NCBI GenBank assembly: GCA_020629035.1
Contig: JAHDEC010000010.1
Span: 1-64,000 of the forward strand
From: Saprospiraceae bacterium
GTDB taxonomy: Bacteria; Bacteroidota; Bacteroidia; Chitinophagales; Saprospiraceae
Reading direction: 5' to 3'
DNA: 64,000 bases
The position numbers and the translations under genes are program-made. Below, in pieces: positions 58,901 to 64,000 of the stretch. The notes beneath the pieces were generated by a model that ran no database searches, was not told the DNA's origin, and was given only the letters and a program-made list of their open reading frames with translations. How positions within the stretch are numbered: position 1 is the first letter of the stretch; every line of letters begins with the position of its first letter.

Positions 58901-60855
58901 CTGGTGATTATACCGTAATAGCAACTGGTGAAAATGGTTGTAGTACTGAGCTTGTGGTAAATGTGTTCTTTGATGGGGCAGAACCAGATCTAAGTGCCTC
59001 AGGTGCAGAATTAAATTGCCAAAACAATGTGGTTACAATAGAAGCCAGTTCAGCTGATGAAAATGTTAGCTTTATGTGGAGTGGTCCAGATGGATTTGAA
59101 TCAAATATTCCCAATCCACAGGTTACTATGGTTGGTAGCTATACGGTTACTGCTACAGGAGAAAATGGTTGTACGACCAGTCTTGATGTAGAAGTTAGCA
59201 CAGATGATAGTGTTCCAAGTTTTGACTTAAGTGCAAATAATATTAATTGCCTGGAACCAACATCAATCATCATTGTCAATATTGACACTGAAGAAGTTGA
59301 GTTTACTTGGAGTGGACCAAATGGTTTTACTTCCGATGAAAAAGACATTCAAGTAAGTGAAGCTGGTACTTATAGCCTAGAGGTAAATAGCGCTAATGGA
59401 TGCAGTTTTAGTGATTTCATCATTATTGAAGAAGATTTTACCATTCCGTCAGTTATCCTTTTTGATGGACAAATTACTTGTGCTAATCCTAGTATTATCC
59501 TAGAAGCTATTACAGATGAAGGAGTGAGTTATCTTTGGTCAGGACCAAATGGCTTTAGTTCTGATGAAGCATCTCCGACAACAAGTGAATCTGGACTGTA
59601 TACCTTAAGTGTTACAGCTGCAAATGGTTGTTCAAATGAAGCATCCTTAACAGTGGAAGATAATACCCAAGAGCCAGAAGTAATTGTCACAGGTGGCACT
59701 TTAAATTGTGAAAATTTAACAACAGAAATTTATGGCGAAACGAATGTGGAAAATGCCATGTTTAGCTGGATCGGGCCAAATGGATTTAGCTCTATAGATC
59801 CATCCCCAATTGTGACAGAGGCTGGCTTGTACACCTTAGAAGTGACCGCACCCAATGGATGCACAAATGATGCAATGACTGAAGTAACGTCTGAAATGGA
59901 ACTACCAATTTTCGAAGCAAATGGAGTGACCTTAAATTGTACCAATCCAGTAAATAATATTTCGGTAAACTCAGATGAGCAAATAAGTATTCGTTGGACT
60001 GGTCCTAATGGTTTTACATCCATCGATGCCAATCCATTAGTACAAACACCAGGTATTTATACTGTGGAGGTGACTGGTGAAAATGGATGTATTACAACCG
60101 AAGATGTTATGGTGGTTGGTGATTTTGACGAACCAGTATTTAGCTTGGAAGCTACCATTATTGATTGCTTTGATGGCCTGGCTGACGTGACTACAATGAT
60201 CGAAGACCAAGAAGGCCTATGGTATGAATGGACTGGACCAAATGATTTCATAGCCCCAGACAAGGATATTCAAGTTAGTGAGTCTGGAGTCTACACGTTG
60301 ACAGCCACTGCGGCTAATGGATGTACTTATACTGAAACAATTTTTGTTTCAGATCCACCGATGGTAGAAGCTACTTTCGATAATACTCCAACAACTCTCG
60401 GTAGTTTTAGTGGAAGTTCAACAATTACAATAACTGCAGGTGATGGACCATTTGATATTGAATGGGAAGATGGCCAAATGGGTGATTTTGCAGAAGGTTT
60501 GGATGATGGACGTATTGAGGTCTATGTAACAGATGCTTATGGTTGCACTACTACTTTTGAGACTTTAATTGAACTGGTATCATCCAATTCGGATGAAGAT
60601 ATAGTCAATGATTGGAACGTTTATCCTAATCCTGCAACAGACAATCTTAGGGTTTCGTTAGAAACTGCTGAATTCTTTGAGGGTTCTATATTCATTTATA
60701 ATACTCAAGGGAAGCGTGTTTTTTCACAAGCCGTAGATAATACAAATCATTTAGATATTAACCTGGATGTCTCTCAATTAGCACCAGCCAATTACATCTT
60801 ACAAATTGTGGGGTCGGATGTAAATATTAGCCAGCAAATTATGATTATTAAATAG
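55933..60855 (+). CDS. Giant T9SS-secreted adhesin-like protein: proprotein-convertase P-like domain, DNC-motif Ig-like domains, nine tandem repeats of about 77 aa, T9SS C-terminal domain
   Basis: Signal peptide. VDLTVGSGFLVDLVLEAPNGDEFIL P-domain-like segment. Repeated W(S/T)GPNGF(T/S)SD....SEAG.YT..AT..NGC units. C-terminal WNVYPNPATDNLRV...YILQIVG T9SS CTD. Confidence 0.7.
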   Translation: MNSYLLTFFKSILLTLLLVGINQAQAQIFWGDYTGAVTAECSDGPLEVNVNVSGIGILGEDNLGIVEVFVDLTVGSGFLVDLVLEAPNGDEFILAASSLGSYPGWTGFYHSIAYIPCPDLPTPQDSWSSLWYTDGQPEEDFSVLNDQGINADGNWKIKICNDNLQASYFSELYSSRITFGNICPEVTNVYYASAGPECPDDLSQVYIEVEDGICQASTVSDDNGNSTSTGFEVIDMWVGTGDNNFYAEDDYGCTGPGFEFNLDPIDLEYPVFSNLPDLTIYAWVTEGTCSAEVSIVDPNYSDNCGIVSAIGTLEDVNGTISTFALEEGMSFDYILGVGNSYLTFTIEDAYGNITTYTTTIQVIDPIPPVAANPLVNIYIECGDPYDGDPTPWLDNFLLSDNCSSVEEISLSLIDSYTTQNCGSSFTDTWIYEFYDANGNFNYDTNLELNIIVQDNQGPTITGVPTEPIIFDCGDDFLPYFPIIGVDVFADDYCEGDLTSSIEESITLVANDCNDGTGIIEIETHTFLVSDGCGATSEISYEVHITDLLQPTWLAPFEAPMLITGECGVDDLQEIIDAYIPIAGTCNGEIEGIETANEFSEECLGSASGTTFIDYESTSDCGVSAFTSLVVELLDTQAPVISGQLPDVIIQCGDEFPAAPILSSMDACNGDVTDLIELTITSSTDDCDANIVETYTYLYTASDYCGNSASYAWSVAIENDFSIELGDDVILCDEPEYLITAAEGNSYLWSTGETTQSIVVNTTAIYSVVVYSNNGCCAEDDIAISFESGTPVTAEGGELDCEGGAISLFAASGPTSTYAWTGPGGFTSDLQNPMVSQAGTYTVTATNELGCSSMATAEVTTDTNVPSLSTTGGVLDCNNSTVTLSASSDTEDVSFAWSGPDGFTSDQESIEVDVAGDYMVTIMAPNGCIATGLAVASENLELPDLSAIGGSLSCNTNETLISASSADLVTYAWSGPNGFTSDLAEPTVSEAGDYTVIATGENGCSTELVVNVFFDGAEPDLSASGAELNCQNNVVTIEASSADENVSFMWSGPDGFESNIPNPQVTMVGSYTVTATGENGCTTSLDVEVSTDDSVPSFDLSANNINCLEPTSIIIVNIDTEEVEFTWSGPNGFTSDEKDIQVSEAGTYSLEVNSANGCSFSDFIIIEEDFTIPSVILFDGQITCANPSIILEAITDEGVSYLWSGPNGFSSDEASPTTSESGLYTLSVTAANGCSNEASLTVEDNTQEPEVIVTGGTLNCENLTTEIYGETNVENAMFSWIGPNGFSSIDPSPIVTEAGLYTLEVTAPNGCTNDAMTEVTSEMELPIFEANGVTLNCTNPVNNISVNSDEQISIRWTGPNGFTSIDANPLVQTPGIYTVEVTGENGCITTEDVMVVGDFDEPVFSLEATIIDCFDGLADVTTMIEDQEGLWYEWTGPNDFIAPDKDIQVSESGVYTLTATAANGCTYTETIFVSDPPMVEATFDNTPTTLGSFSGSSTITITAGDGPFDIEWEDGQMGDFAEGLDDGRIEVYVTDAYGCTTTFETLIELVSSNSDEDIVNDWNVYPNPATDNLRVSLETAEFFEGSIFIYNTQGKRVFSQAVDNTNHLDINLDVSQLAPANYILQIVGSDVNISQQIMIIK
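58381..60350. repeat. Coding tandem repeat array, nine units of about 228-231 bp
   Basis: Units start at about 58387, 58615, 58846, 59077, 59308, 59533, 59764, 59992 and 60226. Each encodes a WxGPNGFxSD...NGC module. Confidence 0.75.
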
Positions 60856-60882
60856 TGTTATTCATATACAACAGTTTGTTAG

Positions 60883-60916
60883 AAAGAGGTGCGTTTTTCG
60901 CGCCTCTTTTTTTTTG
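60883..60916 (+). terminator. Rho-independent terminator after the adhesin gene
   Basis: AAAGAGGTGCG-TTTTT-CGCGCCTCTTT hairpin followed by a T9 run. Confidence 0.75.
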
Positions 60917-60942
60917 TGAATCAATGCTGCGCTTGCTTAAAT

Positions 60943-60964
60943 ATCACATTTTCATGTGATTAAG
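60943..60964. promoter_or_regulatory. Second copy of the 22-nt palindrome ATCACATTTTCATGTGATTAAG, 52 bp upstream of the 61016 gene
   Basis: Exact identity to the 55859-55880 copy at almost identical spacing from the start codon. Confidence 0.5.
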
Positions 60965-61015
60965 GATCCTCGACCTTGATTTAACTTTATACTAATTCTT
61001 TAAATAGAAGTAAGT

Positions 61016-62758
61016 ATGAAAAATTCCTATCTTTTTCCAATATGTATCTATTGGCTATTGGCGCTTTGCCCATCGGCTAATATCCAAGCTCAAAATCTCG
61101 ATAATTTTGACAAGGAAAATCCGGTTAAATTATCTGGTAATATTTCCTTAGGAAGTGCATTTTACCATGCAAATGGTATTGAAAATAAACGGAGCCCTTT
61201 CAGTTATTATTTAAGTGCAAACCCTACCATAACTCTTTATGGCTTTAATATACCGATGTCGTTTACTTACCGAGACCAGCAAGGGTCCTTAAGCAACCCA
61301 TTCCAGCGGCTAAGCATAAGTCCATCATGGAAATGGATACGTGTGCATGCGGGTGATGTTAGAATGGGTTTAAATCCATATATCTACTCAGGTGTAGTGC
61401 TTAAAGGTGGCGGTATAGAACTTTCTCCAAAATTATTCAGGTTTTCTGCGGCTTATGGCACATTAGAAAACCCATTGGCTCAAATTGATACTATAGTTGC
61501 AGGATTGGAGCAATTAGAGACGTACAAGAGACAAGCAATGACCATATTAGCTGGAGTGGGTAGTTCAAGCAATTATGTCGAACTCAATTTTTTGAGAGCA
61601 AAAGACGATCCATTAGCAACAACACCAGGAGGATTTCATGAGTTTGTAAAAGCCGAAGAAAATATAGCACTAGGAGCTGCCTTTAAGTTTACCTTATTCA
61701 AACGTTTTTTTGTGAGTGCCAATGTTGCCTCAAGTGCAATAACGGCAGACCAAAATTCTCCCTTTGAAGTCATAGATGCAAACTCGAGTGAGGCACTTCA
61801 AAGATTGGATAATCTGTTTACAGTTAATCTTTCTACCAGAATTTCTTTTGCCGGTGATGCTGATGTAGGTCTCAAGTTTAGACATTTTGGTATCAGTGCC
61901 AATTATCGCCGCATTGACCCTCAATATAAAAGTCTAGGTACTTTGTATTTTCAAGAGGATCTAGAAAATTATACGATTAGACTAAATTTTTCACTTTGGA
62001 AAAATAAAATAAAATTTAATGGCTCCGGTGGGATTCAAAGAAACAATCTAAACGATCTTAGGAGCTTTACAAATGAAAGAAAAATTGCAAATGGCACTTT
62101 AAGTTTAATCCCTACAAAGTGGTTTGTACTTTCTGCTCGATATTCAAATTTCCAAACCGATCGCACACCCGGATTTTTTAATGTTTCTGATACACTACGT
62201 TACGCTCAAACAACCGACATCAAAGGAGGAACCATGCGATTTCGTTTTGGAAAAAAGATTCCATCATCCATTACTGTAAGTGCCAATGTACAAAGCTTAG
62301 TCGATGTGTTAAGCAACATAGAAGGTAATCGAACCATTGATAATTACATTGGGAACCTTAGTTACAATTTGAATTTAAAAGAAAAGAGAATCAATTTCAC
62401 CAGCGGTTTACAATACATAGAAAATCAATTTCCAGATCGAAATAATCAACGTTATGGAGCCAATATTAAAGTAGGAACAAACTTTTTAGACAAAAAACTA
62501 AAACTAAATGTTGGAACAGCTTACCATTACAATTTTGAAGATTTTATAGCTGATGGCAATTCTTTTACGGGCCAGATAAAACTCAACTATAAGAGATCTA
62601 AATTGATAACTACCGGTTTAAACATCAATTTTCTTCATAGAATAAGAGCTATTGAATCATATCAGGAATGGCGAGCAACTGCTAAAGTCAGCTATCGATT
62701 TAATACCAATTTCAAAAAAGAGACCACTACCCCAAACCAAAATAACACCTCCAATTAA
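61016..62758 (+). CDS. Hypothetical outer-membrane or secreted protein downstream of the adhesin
   Basis: Signal peptide MKNSYLFPICIYWLLALCPSANIQAQ. Beta-rich alternating pattern. No specific family recognised. Confidence 0.4.
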   Translation: MKNSYLFPICIYWLLALCPSANIQAQNLDNFDKENPVKLSGNISLGSAFYHANGIENKRSPFSYYLSANPTITLYGFNIPMSFTYRDQQGSLSNPFQRLSISPSWKWIRVHAGDVRMGLNPYIYSGVVLKGGGIELSPKLFRFSAAYGTLENPLAQIDTIVAGLEQLETYKRQAMTILAGVGSSSNYVELNFLRAKDDPLATTPGGFHEFVKAEENIALGAAFKFTLFKRFFVSANVASSAITADQNSPFEVIDANSSEALQRLDNLFTVNLSTRISFAGDADVGLKFRHFGISANYRRIDPQYKSLGTLYFQEDLENYTIRLNFSLWKNKIKFNGSGGIQRNNLNDLRSFTNERKIANGTLSLIPTKWFVLSARYSNFQTDRTPGFFNVSDTLRYAQTTDIKGGTMRFRFGKKIPSSITVSANVQSLVDVLSNIEGNRTIDNYIGNLSYNLNLKEKRINFTSGLQYIENQFPDRNNQRYGANIKVGTNFLDKKLKLNVGTAYHYNFEDFIADGNSFTGQIKLNYKRSKLITTGLNINFLHRIRAIESYQEWRATAKVSYRFNTNFKKETTTPNQNNTSN

Positions 62759-62781
62759 ATCAATTTCAATATCCATAAAAC

Positions 62782-64000
62782 ATGAAAAAATTAATGCGTT
62801 TTCCTATCTATCTTATCACTTTTATATTCCTTAGTGTCACAGTTTCCGCGCAAGATTATCCTTTAGAAATTAGCGTATTACTTACGCCTCCATTTCCAAC
62901 TAATTTAGATGCCTATGCTGAATATTTGGAAACTGGTCTGTTTTCAATCAACAATACTTCTAATGAAGATGTGGAGGCTTATTTTACTGCTTCTCTTACG
63001 AAGAGCAATGGGTTTAGTATTGAATTGGATGGTCAAAGTAAACAATCCATCCTTTTCCCACCGGGAATTACATTTCTAGGCTCAGCTGAAATTGAAGAAA
63101 CCTTTGCTGGGCTGTCAGATCAAGATGCTAATATTCAGGGATTGACAAACGAACAAATCAATAACCTTGTTCTTTATCGACAATTGCCAGAAGGTGATTA
63201 TGAAATTTGTGTCCATGCCTTCGATGAATTTGGACAGGCCTTATCTGAACCTGGCGCGATTAGTTGTTTTTCATTTAATGCACTCTATCCAGAACGTCCG
63301 ATTATCATCGATCCTTTTGAGGGAATGCCAGTTGATACTATTGGGATGGTAAATGTGGTATGGTTACATAACCTAAGCGATTTTAATGTAAAAAATAGAT
63401 TAGAATACCATTTAAAACTGATCGATTTGACTGAACTTGGTGTACCGGCATCCATGGCACAAGATGTCATGTTTAATGAAAGTACTGATGCCATCACAAA
63501 AATTATTGAGGGAGAAACATTCTATATCTTAGATATTTTTGAAGATCCGGGTATATTGGTTGAAGGCCATAGCTATGCTATTAAAGTACAAGCTGTAGAT
63601 CCTGATGAAGAAGTAGCCTTCCAATTTGGGGGTCATAGCGAAATGGTCTTGTTTGACTATGGAGAGACAGGACCTATTGACGAAGAAGACGAAGAAGAAG
63701 AGGATGAGGAGGATGAGGATGATGAGGAGGATGAGGATAATGCTTATGCTGATCAAGAACCAGGAGAATGTGTAGGCAATTGCATTGCTACCCTACCCGA
63801 AGAGGAAACATCTGAAGAATTAGAAGGCAATGACTTAGTTTTTTTAGGGAAGTTTACTATGGAATTAACGGAAGAACCTGATGGAGATCCTGATATCGGC
63901 TATTCTGGCATTGGGGAGATTGAAATCGACATGCTAAATAATACAAAAGTCTTAGTCGAGTATAGCGGTTTAAAAGCAACCAAAATTGGAGCTGTTTTGG
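62782..64000 (+). CDS. Hypothetical secreted protein with acidic E/D-rich linker (3' end outside the window)
   Basis: ATG at 62782. Signal peptide MKKLMRFPIYLITFIFLSVTVSAQ. The frame is open to the window end (checked by hand translation). Contains an EEDEEEEDEEDEDDEEDED tract. Confidence 0.5.
   Translation, partial: MKKLMRFPIYLITFIFLSVTVSAQDYPLEISVLLTPPFPTNLDAYAEYLETGLFSINNTSNEDVEAYFTASLTKSNGFSIELDGQSKQSILFPPGITFLGSAEIEETFAGLSDQDANIQGLTNEQINNLVLYRQLPEGDYEICVHAFDEFGQALSEPGAISCFSFNALYPERPIIIDPFEGMPVDTIGMVNVVWLHNLSDFNVKNRLEYHLKLIDLTELGVPASMAQDVMFNESTDAITKIIEGETFYILDIFEDPGILVEGHSYAIKVQAVDPDEEVAFQFGGHSEMVLFDYGETGPIDEEDEEEEDEEDEDDEEDEDNAYADQEPGECVGNCIATLPEEETSEELEGNDLVFLGKFTMELTEEPDGDPDIGYSGIGEIEIDMLNNTKVLVEYSGLKATKIGAVL

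Noticed and set aside
58380-60263. Series of 60-100-aa minus-strand ORFs inside the adhesin gene
   Set aside because: They recur with the 228-bp repeat period and are shadows of the coding tandem repeats.

Overview
The window is a low-GC chromosomal segment that most likely comes from a Bacteroidota genome. Four things point that way. Many secreted proteins carry type IX secretion (T9SS) C-terminal sorting domains. SprB-type repeats are present, TAnnTTTG-like -7 promoter elements are frequent, and the intergenic regions are extremely AT-rich. Most of the window is ordinary chromosome: housekeeping genes (purH, tdk, coaX, lipA, folC, ubiX, murQ, arcA, FKBP, an ABC transporter, flotillin/NfeD) sit between a large repertoire of secreted or outer-membrane cargo proteins. 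That cargo includes a 1640-aa T9SS adhesin with nine tandem repeats, a discoidin/SprB/MopE-repeat protein, an ASST-like protein, an FGE-sulfatase-like protein, an ENPP-LamG protein and a TPR-CHAT protein. The standout region is a roughly 5-kb island at about 39.3-44.4 kb that is visibly more AT-rich than its neighbours. It holds four minus-strand genes that overlap at their start and stop codons: a PRTase-like protein, a large Walker A/B P-loop NTPase, a 317-aa protein with a possible PD-(D/E)xK signature, and a gamma-class NPPY amino-methyltransferase. The island is inserted between murQ and a LOR/Tubby-like gene and is the best candidate for an undescribed defence or restriction-modification-like system. 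Other notable points follow. A CPBP intramembrane protease is interrupted by a single in-frame TGA. An identical 22-nt palindrome sits at the same distance upstream of two neighbouring secreted-protein genes. A substrate-binding protein is fused to an OmpA domain inside an ABC operon. A DUF1800/DUF1501 pair is present. All protein assignments rest on motif recognition by eye; no database searches were run.
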